64,000 nt of DNA from an uncultured Prevotella sp. (GCA_905234845.1 CAJOIW010000025.1:2374-66373); one strand, 5' to 3'. Positions 20,219 through 30,625 are shown, counted from the stretch's first letter. The notes: generated from the letters alone by a model not told the origin. Program-made: numbers and translations.

Positions 20219-20275
20219 AAAAGACCGTCTTTCGTAGAGAATTCTCGTGAGAATTACTTCGAAAGACGGTCTTCT
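20219..20275. repeat. Partial palindrome array, probably also a bidirectional terminator between convergent genes
   Basis: AAAAGACCGTCTTTC and GAAAGACGGTCTTCT flank AATTCTC-GT-GAGAATT; same units as the 22-bp arrays, period about 21. Confidence 0.65.
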
Positions 20276-20303
20276 ATATGATAAGCGATATCATTCTAAT
20301 GCA

Positions 20304-20489
20304 TTAGTCTAAATCCAGGAATTCATCATCTCCTGTATCGTCGTCATCGATATCGATGATGTCATCGGGATCGGCGCCATAGTTGTCGATGGCATAGCCT
20401 CTAGGGTCGCTGTCGGCCAGTAACTTTGGCAGACAGCTAAGTATCACGTCAGTCGTAGGCTGTATATAGAATTTCTTCATTGTTTTCAT
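20304..20489 (-). CDS. Small acidic peptide, MKKxYxxP...LLAxS type, function unknown
   Basis: MKKFYIQPTTDVILSCLPKLLADS followed by an Asp-rich tail; A-rich translation initiation region; 39 bp downstream of a co-oriented T9SS gene. Confidence 0.7.
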   Translation of the reverse strand: MKTMKKFYIQPTTDVILSCLPKLLADSDPRGYAIDNYGADPDDIIDIDDDDTGDDEFLDLD

Positions 20490-20528
20490 TTTTTCAGTTC
20501 ATTCAGGATAAGTTCATACGCTTATCGA

Positions 20529-23159
20529 TTATTTACTTACCAAGAATTTCTTGCCATTCACAATGTATAATCCCTTAGGCAAAGCCTTTCCAAGTGTTCC
20601 GACCTTCCGACCGCTCAGGTCATAGACTGAAGTGTTGTCGGGCAAAGTCACGGGCAGCACTGACTGCAAGTCAATATCAGTAGATGAGTCTGAACCATCG
20701 ACCACGCCGTTGACGGCTATCTTGGCCGTACCGTCTTGCGTACGCTTAATGGGGTTAGTCGTGGTAATCCAGCCACGGAAGCCCTTGATGCGGGTGTCCT
20801 TGTTCACGCAAACAATGGTGTTGTTGCTGACGGCATAGCCACCCTTCGGAGTATAGCTGCCAGAAGGAGCCGTAGAGCCATTGTAGATGCCACCTGAGAC
20901 AGAGAATGTATCAAAGCCCGGTGTCTTCACGTAGCTCACGTATGCGGATCCATCATTTTCATCATTATATGAACTAATAGTCCCCTCGCTTGCGTACGGA
21001 TTGCTCGTATCGATAATCGTATGCGAATAGCCGGATGGAACTTGATTGGGGTCTACCGCGAAGTAGTTGCGGCCCATCTGATAGTATTCCGCTACTCTGC
21101 CGAACGGATCCTCTCCTGAGATGGGGTCGATTGTGGGTTTGAGCAGATAGAACTTCCCAGGTTCTACCACTGGTGTCAACGGGTCTATTGGTTTCAGCTC
21201 TACTGTTACGAAGTCGATGACATTCGAGTTTTGCGACAGCGTACCTATGCCATCTATCTTAGCCAGCTTCGCATCCTCGCCGAAGGCCAGTCTTATCTGC
21301 TCACCGGTCAGAGGTATGGGGAACGAGAACGAGTTCCACTTATTCTTCTTAAGTGTCCGCTCCAAGCTCAATGCTCCACTATACATACCATCGGGCACTG
21401 CGCTGGGGCGTTCATCGATTTTGTTCGCATCATAGATCAGATAGTCCAGACTTTCCTCATTCTCATAGAAGAATGCGGGGGCAAGTCCCATATACGACAC
21501 CTTGATGTCGTCAACGCATATCCAGTCCTTATCGTAATAATAATCCACACCATCTTTGGTTTCTTTGCTGCTTTTTAACGCATAGTCTTTTTGGAAACCT
21601 ATGGTCAGATACTTATTGTTATCGTTGGCATTATACTGCGTGGGGTCTATATAAATCCAGAACTTGCGGCGATAGTCTTCACTGTGATATGTCAGCACTT
21701 TTCCCACAGCAAGGTTAAAGTTTTGATCTTTCTTTAATCCATTCGTTGGAAAACTTATATCTGGATATTTGGCTTTAAATGCTGAGTAAGGGTTATTATT
21801 TGCGTAAGTGAGCTCACTTGTAAGCTCAATCTGCCCGTAGCCTAAGTATGAGTTGTTGGGGGCTACCCTCAGCTCAGGCGTTACGGTCACCCAGTCGGCT
21901 TTTGCAAACATATAGGCCTTATGAGTCGGGTCGTCGCTGAAACTAATGCCAACGCCTTCCACCTGATACCAGCCAGGACGGGGAACCTGAAACCTTACGG
22001 AAACCGAGCCGAGTCCCTCAAAAGACATAAACCCGAATTTCGCCTCTTTAATTTTGTCAAACATTTTTTTCAGTCTTACAGGTGCATCCCATGCCTCGTC
22101 GATATATTCGTAATCTGCATTCTGAAATTTTCCTTTTGTATACTCACCCCATGTTCTTCCGTAACGCCCCTCGCCGGCTGCGGGTGTTGTGGAATTAATT
22201 GGTGTGACGGTCCATTTGCCGAAGAAATCGTCGGAGTTGCGCGTGAAGTCGCGGTCGGGCACCAGGCTCGATACACTCGGATTAAGTCCTACAACCTCTT
22301 CATCCAAGACCTGTCTGAACTCATCCTCTGAAATGATGCGCCACTGATAAAGCTCATCAATAGGCACCTGATCACCGTTGACCTCAACCGTTGTCTGGTT
22401 TCCCAAAGGTGCCGTCTCGTTATTGTTGGCATTTCCTGCTGTCGTCCAACAGGAGCGGTCATCGTCTATATGCACATAATAGCCACAGCCCTTGTCGTTC
22501 GTGCTTTTATCTGCATAGGTCATTGTACCGTCGCTGCACCACTCTCCCCATGCCGCACCAAGATAGAATTTAATGCTATCTATGGCTACACTCTGATATG
22601 TAGTGTTGAGTGTCTTCGACTTCGAAAGCTGTTGCCACATGTAGTAGGTGTGGTATTCAGAATTGGAATCTTCTGAAGGGATGCGTTGAAAGTTCCATTT
22701 CCCGTATTTTGTAAAACCGTCCATAATGGTCGTAAGACTATAAGAACTTGCGTCCCTCCACGTACTTCCTTTGGTGATTCCAGGAATATTACATGTCAAG
22801 TGTATCTTTTGCGACGAATTTTGCTCCGTAACGCCAGGCTTAATTCTTATACCATTTATACCCTCTTCATTACCAATATAAATCTCCATCTGACGGCCGA
22901 AATCCTCATAGAACAAACGCGCCTCCATGCCCCAGTTACCACCGTCGATAGCAAAACGGCCAGTACCGACATTATAGAGATAAATCTTTTGGTGAGTTGA
23001 GGTCACCGTATTGATATCAATACCCTTCCACTGCCTGCTCGATGAGTGGGCATGGGTCGTCTGCGCCTTGGCATCAGAAGGATGTATGAAAAACATCGCT
23101 ACTAAAAAACACAGCGCACAAAAAAGCGGTTTCTTGAACAATATGACTATGTGTTTCAT
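20529..23159 (-). CDS. Secreted 876-aa protein of unknown function with T9SS-type CTD
   Basis: Signal peptide; IYLYNVGTGRF; LERTLKKNKWNSFSFPIP linker domain; tail VYDLSGRKVG...KGLYIVNGKKFLV; promoter TAATTTTG at 23226-23233 (-). Confidence 0.85.
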   Translation of the reverse strand: MKHIVILFKKPLFCALCFLVAMFFIHPSDAKAQTTHAHSSSRQWKGIDINTVTSTHQKIYLYNVGTGRFAIDGGNWGMEARLFYEDFGRQMEIYIGNEEGINGIRIKPGVTEQNSSQKIHLTCNIPGITKGSTWRDASSYSLTTIMDGFTKYGKWNFQRIPSEDSNSEYHTYYMWQQLSKSKTLNTTYQSVAIDSIKFYLGAAWGEWCSDGTMTYADKSTNDKGCGYYVHIDDDRSCWTTAGNANNNETAPLGNQTTVEVNGDQVPIDELYQWRIISEDEFRQVLDEEVVGLNPSVSSLVPDRDFTRNSDDFFGKWTVTPINSTTPAAGEGRYGRTWGEYTKGKFQNADYEYIDEAWDAPVRLKKMFDKIKEAKFGFMSFEGLGSVSVRFQVPRPGWYQVEGVGISFSDDPTHKAYMFAKADWVTVTPELRVAPNNSYLGYGQIELTSELTYANNNPYSAFKAKYPDISFPTNGLKKDQNFNLAVGKVLTYHSEDYRRKFWIYIDPTQYNANDNNKYLTIGFQKDYALKSSKETKDGVDYYYDKDWICVDDIKVSYMGLAPAFFYENEESLDYLIYDANKIDERPSAVPDGMYSGALSLERTLKKNKWNSFSFPIPLTGEQIRLAFGEDAKLAKIDGIGTLSQNSNVIDFVTVELKPIDPLTPVVEPGKFYLLKPTIDPISGEDPFGRVAEYYQMGRNYFAVDPNQVPSGYSHTIIDTSNPYASEGTISSYNDENDGSAYVSYVKTPGFDTFSVSGGIYNGSTAPSGSYTPKGGYAVSNNTIVCVNKDTRIKGFRGWITTTNPIKRTQDGTAKIAVNGVVDGSDSSTDIDLQSVLPVTLPDNTSVYDLSGRKVGTLGKALPKGLYIVNGKKFLVSK

Positions 23160-23442
23160 CTCTTTTTTTTCTATATTCTGAGAAATTTGTTAGACCAAAT
23201 ATTCTCTTTAATTATTTTCAACCTACAAAATTACAAATTTATGGTCAAATATTGTCAATTTTCTTCCTTTGGTTAAGACTATTTGACACGCCAAAAGGTC
23301 CATTTAACACTGACGCTGCGTTTTTCTGCGCAAGAAATCTCATGGGCGCAGATTTTTCACGTATGCGTGTGCAATTGCTGGAGGCCCACTAACAGATGAG
23401 GAATGAAAGATGGGGGACGAGAGTGTGCTGTTTTTTCTTTGC

Positions 23443-23546
23443 GAAAGATATACCTTTCGCCTGCGAAAGCTAAGCTTTCGACTCCTAAAAGACCGTCTTT
23501 CACACAACAAAAGACCGTCTTTCGCAAGGTGAAACATATATGTTTA
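23443..23546. repeat. 22-bp-phased palindrome array (5 units)
   Basis: Units start at 23443, 23465, 23487, 23509, 23531: GAAAGATATACCTTTC, GAAAGCTAAGCTTTC, AAAAGACCGTCTTTC x2, GAAACATATATGTTTA. Confidence 0.9.
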
Positions 23547-23731
23547 GGAAGAAAAGGGGTATAAAGGGGAGGTGAAAGAGGTGTGAAAGAGAGAAAAATC
23601 AGTACTTTTTTGATTTTTTAGAGCAAAAATCCTGACAGAAAAATTTAACATTTCCATCTCTCGCCTTTGTTAATTTATTTAACAAAAGAAACGTGATTCG
23701 AGTATGAGCGACGGAATAAGTCTGTTTTCTT

Positions 23732-23972
23732 ATACAAGTTTCGCAAGTTATGATAACCCTTTGGCAATACGGCCTAAAAGGCCAACAGCTCATAGCCCAG
23801 GGCAGCGCCCCGGGTACAACCATACCGGAAGTAAAGCGCCCTGCAAGGGCAAAAGCTTTACTCTCTGACAACAATGCTTTTGCCCTTGCAGGGCGCAGTA
23901 TGTTGTACGCGGTCGCTTCTGGCCTTTCAGGCCGTATAGACAGCCGTATTCCATAACTTACGAAACTTGTAT
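23732..23972. mobile_element. MITE/REPIN-like non-autonomous element
   Basis: 21-bp terminal inverted repeats (ATACAAGTTTCGCAAGTTATG / CATAACTTACGAAACTTGTAT, 20/21), flanked by direct repeat TTTCTT; internal REP-like palindromes. Confidence 0.8.
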
Positions 23973-23976
23973 TTTC

Positions 23977-24459
23977 TTATTTATAAATCAAGGCTGTGGC
24001 GTAGGAGGAAATACCTTCCTCTCGACCAGTGAAACCGAGTCGCTCTGTGGTGGTGGCTTTGATGGAAATATTGTCAGGGTCGGTGCCGATAACCTCGGCC
24101 AGACAGGCTTGCATCTGTGGAATATGAGGATTGAGCTTAGGGTGCTCTGCGCAGACGGTGCAGTCGATATTGCCCACCTGATAGCCTTTCGTGGCGATCA
24201 GGTCGATAGTTTTCTTTAATAAAATCTTGCTGTCGATGCCGTCGGTCTCGGTAGCGGTGTCGGGGAAGTGATAACCGATGTCACGCATGTTGGCAGCGCC
24301 AAGCAGTGCGTCGCACACGGCATGGATGAGCACGTCGGCATCGCTGTGGCCAAGCAGTCCGCGGTCGTGCGCAATCTTGATACCACCAAGCCAGAGGTCG
24401 CGACCCTCCACCAACCGGTGGACATCGAAACCAAATCCAACACGAAAATTACTGTTCAT
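23977..24459 (-). CDS. ispF: 2-C-methyl-D-erythritol 2,4-cyclodiphosphate synthase
   Basis: RVGFGFDVH, GHSDADVLIHA..DALLGA, KATTTERLGFTGREEGI. Confidence 0.97.
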   Translation of the reverse strand: MNSNFRVGFGFDVHRLVEGRDLWLGGIKIAHDRGLLGHSDADVLIHAVCDALLGAANMRDIGYHFPDTATETDGIDSKILLKKTIDLIATKGYQVGNIDCTVCAEHPKLNPHIPQMQACLAEVIGTDPDNISIKATTTERLGFTGREEGISSYATALIYK

Positions 24460-24560
24460 AGTTCATGGTCTATTGTTCATAGTTTATAGTCCATAGTTCA
24501 TAGCGCATGGGTAATATGCTGTGGATAAAACTATGGACTATGAACTATGGACTATGAACT
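24454..24560. repeat. Inverted heptamer tandem repeat, (GTTCATA/GTCCATA)n ... (CTATGGA/CTATGAA)n
   Basis: About 7 degenerate heptamers facing about 4 reverse-complement heptamers; overlaps the ispF start. Confidence 0.85.
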
Positions 24561-24566
24561 GATGTA

Positions 24567-25769
24567 TTATCTGCGTCTGAAGAGGTCTTTGATACCGTCC
24601 ATGTCGAAGGCAAGGGTGAAGCGGAGGGTCTGGTCGAGCGGGTTGCTCTTGGCCGTAGCGATAACGTAGCCGGCATCGAGCGAGAACACACTCATCTTGA
24701 AACCTGCACCCACGGTGAAATACTTACGGTTACCCTTGTTCTCGGCCTCATGATGATAACCGGCACGTACGGAGAACTGATCATGGTAGACATATTCAGC
24801 ACCGACACTCCACTGAATCTCTTCCAACTCTTCCTTCATGCCGTTGGGCGCATCGTTGAAGCTCTTGAAGATACCGCTAATGGAACTGAGGTCGTAGTAA
24901 TCCTTTTGTACGCGCTGCTGATAGTCTTCTATGCTTTCCTCCTCTTCCTGCTTCGGGTAGGTAGGCACAAGCAGTTTGTTGGCATCGGCCGCGATGGTGA
25001 AGCGGTTGTACTCGTCGATTGGTATCATGAGCGAGGCACCCAGACGGAGATTGGTGGGGATGAATTCTGAATTGTCATCGCCACCGAAAGTAATCTTCGA
25101 ACCGATATTGGAAATGTTCAAACCCAAACCAAGCTGACACTCACGCTGACCAAGATTGAGATACTTCTGATAGTAGCAGGCGATGTCGGCAGCGAAGGCC
25201 GAACCGGGCGAGTTGTCCTCATCAAACTTATAGGTAAGGTCGGAGTAAATCCAGCGCACGGCTGCACCGAGTGAGAAGTTCTCGCTCAGCATCAGCGAGT
25301 ATGCAGCATCAAGAGACATCTCATAAGGATTGATGGTCTGCGCGTTCTCGAAGTCCATGCCATCAATGCCGGCTCCCATCATCACCTCACCGAGTGAGAA
25401 ATAACGCAATGACGCCGACACGGCCGAATGCTCACCAATGCGATAGTAGCCGGTGAGGTAGGCCAAATCCATGTCGTTGACCAGCTGGCGGAGCCACGGG
25501 GTGTAGTTCAATGCCACTCCGGCACGCGAGATGGTAAACGGATACTTGGCAGGGTTCCAGTATTGCGACACCACATCGGGGTCGGTGGCCGCACCCACGT
25601 CACCCATACCTGCCGCACGGGCATCGGGGGCTATCATCTGCGAGGTCACCGAGTGGTGAACAGGGTTGAACATGTCTGCCTTGTCTTGTGCTGATACCGA
25701 CAACGACACTACAGTCAGCAAAAGGACTGCTGCTATTCTCATACGTTTGCTCATATTCTCTTTTTTCAT
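24567..25769 (-). CDS. porV: T9SS outer-membrane shuttle protein PorV
   Basis: IAPDARAAGMGDVG, YWNPAKY, YTPWLRQLVND, KGNRKYFTVGAG, NPLDQTLRF; conserved porU-porV-ispF order. Confidence 0.95.
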   Translation of the reverse strand: MKKENMSKRMRIAAVLLLTVVSLSVSAQDKADMFNPVHHSVTSQMIAPDARAAGMGDVGAATDPDVVSQYWNPAKYPFTISRAGVALNYTPWLRQLVNDMDLAYLTGYYRIGEHSAVSASLRYFSLGEVMMGAGIDGMDFENAQTINPYEMSLDAAYSLMLSENFSLGAAVRWIYSDLTYKFDEDNSPGSAFAADIACYYQKYLNLGQRECQLGLGLNISNIGSKITFGGDDNSEFIPTNLRLGASLMIPIDEYNRFTIAADANKLLVPTYPKQEEEESIEDYQQRVQKDYYDLSSISGIFKSFNDAPNGMKEELEEIQWSVGAEYVYHDQFSVRAGYHHEAENKGNRKYFTVGAGFKMSVFSLDAGYVIATAKSNPLDQTLRFTLAFDMDGIKDLFRRR

Positions 25770-25804
25770 TTTTGTTACTCAATATAAACGCAAAACACTT
25801 TTAT

Positions 25805-28800
25805 TTATTGTATGACTATCAATTTCTTTGCTTTGAATGCGCGCGAGCTGCCATCGGTGGAGATTCCCACACGATAGATATACACACCCGTTTGCAGGCG
25901 ATTGCCATTGTCAACGGTGAGATCCCAGTCCACCGTATAAGCTCCATCGGTGCTCACGCCGCTCTCCTCATGTCGCCACAGCTGCCGGCCGCTGGTATCG
26001 TAGAGGTTAATCTCCACGTCCATGGTGCTTCCGATGCGGTCGTGATTGATAAAGAAGGTAGTGGAGGTGCGGGCAGGATTATTCGTCGTGCCAATGCTGA
26101 AGATATTGGGCTCCAAACCCTTCACCACATTAAACGTAAGCTCAGCGGTAGACGAGTTGTTCAGGATGTCCCACGCACGGAACATCAACCGGTGCTCTCC
26201 CTCTGAGAGTTCAGGAATAGCAAAACCGAGCGATCCGCTCATGTAGGTTCCGAAATCGAAATTGAAATAGTCGTTAAGGGAGTAGGTGCGCGACATCTGT
26301 CCGTCAATGATAAGCTCAAGGTCGTGTCCCACACCGTTTCCTGTGGCATTGATGCCGTTCTCGTCTTTCACCTGTGCCACGAAGTACGGCGTACTGTTCA
26401 CCCGTCCACCGTTTGTGAACGATGGCGAGTTGAGATAGCAGTAGATGCTCGGGCCAATAGAGTCGTTGGCCACATCGTCGCCACCGCCTAAGGTGAAGCT
26501 GTCGCAGACACCGTGGGCAATGAACTTGCGGTCGTTGCTCACTGCATGGAGGTTGAGCAAGCCTGTCTCACCCGAATAGTTGATGTCCATGGGCACGGCG
26601 AAGGCTATCTCGAACTGTCCAGCCCTGACGCTATCATTGCCATTGAAGAGCACCTTCGTACGGTCATAGTAGACGAACGGCTCCTCAGCACCATCGCTAC
26701 CGGTATTGTTCAGTCGGCAGGTAATTTTCTCTCGATTGTCACGCACAAGCGCAGAAAGCATACCCGTGAAGGTCTCCCCGTTTTTCACGTGTCCTTTTAT
26801 CTTGGCAACGGAACCAGCTGTGAGGGCTACAACCTGCCCTTCACTTACCTTTTTGCCATTAATCTCATCGACCACCATGTCGAGTGTAGGCTGATTCAGT
26901 GAAATAGCGGGGTCGCCGAGAAGCTGATATTGCAGCTTGTTCTCCTGCAGGTCGCGGCCTTTGGTGATAAGCTCAATCTTTGCCAAGCGCTGTGCCTCAC
27001 CGATGGTGATGGCCTTACCGTTGGCATCCTGGCTTAGTACGTGTTGCGTGAAAGCGCGGTTAATTTGGTAGTTGGCCGATTGGAATACGGTACGACAGGT
27101 ACCGAAGAAAGCCACCGCACCACCTTGGGGGCTAAGCACTGAGGTCTCGCCAATGGTGTCGTAGGTACCATCAAACGGCATGATATCGCACGATGCGGTA
27201 ATCCACAATGGCATATTCACGTTCTTGAACTGCTCAAAATCGTTGAGCAGAAGAACTTTCTCATGCGATATCTGGTCGGGGCGGCCGTGTCCGGAATAGT
27301 TCATGATAAGTGCACCGTTGGCCTGCTGCTGCTTGATGATGCGCGTCACATCGGGATAGGTGTTACCTGCCGAGGTGGATACGAGCGGATAGGCATCCCA
27401 CATCACCTTCTTCACGTAGTAGCCGGGATAGTTCTGGAGCACTTCCTCCGCAATACGGTTGGCGTCGTTCATGTGGGCATTGCCGTTACCGTCATCACCC
27501 ATGATCATAATAGTGTTCTGCCATCCTCCAGCGTTTTTGTTGAGCACATAGTTGATGGTCTTGTCAACAATAATCTTCGCATCGGCCTCCTCACTGACAG
27601 GGAACCGCCCAACAGCCATGTCGGGCTTGTCGCGGGCGGTGAGGTTGCCACCCTCGCCATCGTCAAGCAGACAGAAGAAGTTATCATCCACGTAGCACTC
27701 CGTCTCGCTAAATGAGTTCTCACTTTCAAAACAAAGCAGGAAATCGTCAGGGTTAAGCCCTCTGGCTTGGGTGGTAAGCATACGATTGTCCCACAGTCCG
27801 TCACCGAAGAGCAACAGATATTTGGGCATATCAGCCTCGGTCTCGGCACGGTCGTAGAGCATCTTCAGATAGCGGCGATAAGCATTGGCATCGGGTGTAC
27901 CACTGGCAAACTCGTTATAGAGCTCATCGGCTGGCACAATCTTTACACGAAACCCGTCGTGCTGCTCGTGGAAGGTCTTGAGCCGCTCTGCCTGCCTGAG
28001 CAGCTTCTGTGTGGTGGGAATGATGATGACCATGTCGTAGAACCCGTCGGCATGATGATTCTGATTGGTGATATTGTAAACATACTCCGCTGCAGGCAGC
28101 GATGCCGAGTGCAGGTCGGGAGCAGGCAACGGCTCATCCCAAGCGACGGAGATATAGTCTAAACGCACACTTGTAGGGCCTTTGACACTGATGGTATTGT
28201 TATCTTTCAATAAGTTGTCAACATGCACTGTAAGCGCTTTCTCACCACTGGTGGCGTAGCTCCCTGCGGAGAGTCTTACCTCTCCAATCTTTTCGCCGTT
28301 AAGCGATATTTCCACTGTCTGTCCTCCCGTACCGGCTACGTTCACAGAGATGGTACCACTGGTGGTTTGGGGGTTGCCAGAGATAGTAAAATCTTCGGCC
28401 TCATCACCATAGATAATTTTAGAGCCATAGAGGTTGCGACCACCCTGCATATACGACGCGGCATCTTCCTCGTAGATGGTATGGTAATCGTCGTTGGTGG
28501 GATAGTAGGCTTCGAGGAATTCTTCTTCGCTGAGTGTCGCTGGGGTGCCATCACTCTGGGTAATAAAGTAATAACCGTAATCGGAATATGGATTGCGCAT
28601 ACGACGGCTGGCAGTCTGGCTGCTCCACGACACGGTACCTTTAGCATAAAAAAGTTTGCGCCCGTCGACGGTACATGTAGGCACTTCTTTCAGGTCGTCA
28701 TACTGAATAAGGTCTTCCTCTTTAAGCACCTCGTTTTGCAGATTACCACCGTAGCCGTAGATTTTCACTTTGCTCAAGTCGGAGAAGCCCGCCCGCTGGA

Positions 28801-29371
28801 TGACACTTGAGGTAAGCTGATAGACTCCTGAAGATGGCACACGTATCTTGGCCCACTTGCCTGTGGCGAGCACCGACTGCGTGGCATAACGCTCGGCAGC
28901 ACCACCGGCACGGGTTTCTGTCTTCATTCTCCTTGCCTCCTGTCCTTTGATCTTCGTCTCCAACTTGAGCATGAAACTCACAAGTATTTGATAACGACCG
29001 TCGCGGAAAACGAGCGGACAAAAGTCCACATCGTAGGAGGCACGCTTACGGTCGAGGCCTATACCCTGCGATATCTCGGGCAGTTCGGGCAGGGGCTTAC
29101 CGCACACCGACTCGTAGAAAGCGATGTCGGCAGGCGACATGTCGATAAACTCGGGATAGACGATGCTTACCGAGTAGATGCTGTCGCGATAATTCTCCGG
29201 TAGGGGAAAGCTGTACCCAAAATGGGGCAGCAGCGTGTCGACCTTCACCTCTTCTGCAGTGAGGTTGAAGAATTTTCCTGTTGCTGCAGACGGCGTATGC
29301 GGCAATCGCCGGTCTTGTGCGTACAAGCCCAAGCTGACACTGAGCAACAACAATATGATAATCTTTTTCAT
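25805..29371 (-). CDS. porU: T9SS sortase PorU (C25 peptidase)
   Basis: SVLATGKWAKI, YNEFASG, YLLLFGD, NYSGHG, ITASCD gingipain-like His/Cys motifs, AWDILNN, GVYIYRV CTD. Confidence 0.94.
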   Translation of the reverse strand: MKKIIILLLLSVSLGLYAQDRRLPHTPSAATGKFFNLTAEEVKVDTLLPHFGYSFPLPENYRDSIYSVSIVYPEFIDMSPADIAFYESVCGKPLPELPEISQGIGLDRKRASYDVDFCPLVFRDGRYQILVSFMLKLETKIKGQEARRMKTETRAGGAAERYATQSVLATGKWAKIRVPSSGVYQLTSSVIQRAGFSDLSKVKIYGYGGNLQNEVLKEEDLIQYDDLKEVPTCTVDGRKLFYAKGTVSWSSQTASRRMRNPYSDYGYYFITQSDGTPATLSEEEFLEAYYPTNDDYHTIYEEDAASYMQGGRNLYGSKIIYGDEAEDFTISGNPQTTSGTISVNVAGTGGQTVEISLNGEKIGEVRLSAGSYATSGEKALTVHVDNLLKDNNTISVKGPTSVRLDYISVAWDEPLPAPDLHSASLPAAEYVYNITNQNHHADGFYDMVIIIPTTQKLLRQAERLKTFHEQHDGFRVKIVPADELYNEFASGTPDANAYRRYLKMLYDRAETEADMPKYLLLFGDGLWDNRMLTTQARGLNPDDFLLCFESENSFSETECYVDDNFFCLLDDGEGGNLTARDKPDMAVGRFPVSEEADAKIIVDKTINYVLNKNAGGWQNTIMIMGDDGNGNAHMNDANRIAEEVLQNYPGYYVKKVMWDAYPLVSTSAGNTYPDVTRIIKQQQANGALIMNYSGHGRPDQISHEKVLLLNDFEQFKNVNMPLWITASCDIMPFDGTYDTIGETSVLSPQGGAVAFFGTCRTVFQSANYQINRAFTQHVLSQDANGKAITIGEAQRLAKIELITKGRDLQENKLQYQLLGDPAISLNQPTLDMVVDEINGKKVSEGQVVALTAGSVAKIKGHVKNGETFTGMLSALVRDNREKITCRLNNTGSDGAEEPFVYYDRTKVLFNGNDSVRAGQFEIAFAVPMDINYSGETGLLNLHAVSNDRKFIAHGVCDSFTLGGGDDVANDSIGPSIYCYLNSPSFTNGGRVNSTPYFVAQVKDENGINATGNGVGHDLELIIDGQMSRTYSLNDYFNFDFGTYMSGSLGFAIPELSEGEHRLMFRAWDILNNSSTAELTFNVVKGLEPNIFSIGTTNNPARTSTTFFINHDRIGSTMDVEINLYDTSGRQLWRHEESGVSTDGAYTVDWDLTVDNGNRLQTGVYIYRVGISTDGSSRAFKAKKLIVIQ

Positions 29372-29390
29372 TTATATCGTTTATTATTAT

Positions 29391-30008
29391 TTATTTGCAC
29401 CACAGGTTCAGCACCCGTTCTCCTTCGAGCCAACCCTCGAGGTGATCACCTATATTGACCGGTCCTACACCCACAGGTGTGCCAGTGAAAAGCAGGTCGC
29501 CCGTCTTCAGGGTAAAGAAGCGGCTGATGTAGGCAATGAGCTCATCCACGCGAAAGAGCATGTCGCCCGTCCATCCCTGTTGCACTGTCTGCCCGTTCTT
29601 GTCGAGGCGGAAACGGATGGCCTGCACATCGCTGAACTTCTCAGCCTCAATCCAGTTACCAATGGCAGCCGCACCGTCAAAACCCTTACAGATCTCCCAC
29701 GGATGGCCAGCCTCGCGCAAACGCGTCTGCAAGTCGCGCGCCGTAAAGTCGATGCCCACCGTAAGCGCATCATAGTAGCGACGGGCAAACCGCTCGGCAA
29801 TGTTCTTGCCCAGCCGGTTGATGCGCACCACAAGTTCAGCCTCGTAGTCGATGCGTCCGAGGTGGTCGGGCACGAAAAACGGCTTCCCACTACGTAGCAA
29901 CGACGAGTCTGCCTTTATGAACACTACAGGTGCTTCTGGTTTATATAACGCATTTTCGAGCTCTTTATTGTGCTCCGCATAATTCATTCCTATGGCAAAT
30001 ATCTTCAT
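29391..30008 (-). CDS. Fumarylacetoacetate hydrolase family protein
   Basis: KIFAIGMNYAEH, DYEAELVV, GIDFTARDLQ, TLKTGDLLFTGTPVGVG. Confidence 0.93.
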   Translation of the reverse strand: MKIFAIGMNYAEHNKELENALYKPEAPVVFIKADSSLLRSGKPFFVPDHLGRIDYEAELVVRINRLGKNIAERFARRYYDALTVGIDFTARDLQTRLREAGHPWEICKGFDGAAAIGNWIEAEKFSDVQAIRFRLDKNGQTVQQGWTGDMLFRVDELIAYISRFFTLKTGDLLFTGTPVGVGPVNIGDHLEGWLEGERVLNLWCK

Positions 30009-30149
30009 CGGTCTGGCAATAATTTACTTTATAGACATATAGATGTAACTCTCGGCACAATCGAGCCATCCCCTTTGGGAACAACGGTAGGAAGACTCCA
30101 TTGCAGCTGCAAAAATAGCAAAAAGAATTAAGAATAGAAAATTATAGAC

Positions 30150-30345
30150 AAAAAAAGCACCGCCACCCTCAACGGGCAGCGGAGCCAAAAACTATGTTTA
30201 ACTAAAAATCCTTTTCTTGAGCAAATGGAAACCTCGCGGTCACCATGTGTCATCCTGTTAAACAATCTGTCAAGTTACCTTAAACTTAATAACTAAAAAC
30301 CTAAATCTATTACTACTAACCTAAACAATCTAATAATCTTTTTGA
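30150..30345 (-). ncRNA. Putative small RNA, paralog 1
   Basis: Promoter TTTG-20nt-TATCTTTG (30351-30382, -), 43-nt block identical to paralog 2, GCGA-tetraloop hairpin, GC hairpin plus U7 terminator, no ORF; ends approximate. Confidence 0.75.
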
Positions 30346-30472
30346 CGGTGCAAAGATACGGCAAGATTTCCGTGTGCGCAAACAATCCGACCTTAAAATT
30401 CAGCAAAACGCCCCATTCTTGACCTATGTCAAAATTCATTTCACCAAAGTCCCCAACAACCTTTCACAGAAC

Positions 30473-30597
30473 GAAAAACAGCTTTTCGTAAAACGAATGA
30501 CGGTCTTTCACAAAGTAATAGTATATATATTACCGAGTAAAATATATACTATTACTTTATAAAACCTTAGCTTTCGCATCGTAAAAGACAAGCCATT
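30473..30597. repeat. 22-bp-phased palindrome array (6 units, two of the GTAA-TATA-TTAC type)
   Basis: Unit centres at 30480, 30502, 30524, 30546, 30568, 30590. Confidence 0.8.
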
Positions 30598-30625
30598 GCA
30601 GCACTGAAGTCCTCCTTCACGAGCA

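Noticed and set aside
23599-23956. ORFs 23599..23874 and 23750..23956 as a transposase
   Set aside because: Lie in the palindromic MITE; too short, with no HUH or DDE motifs
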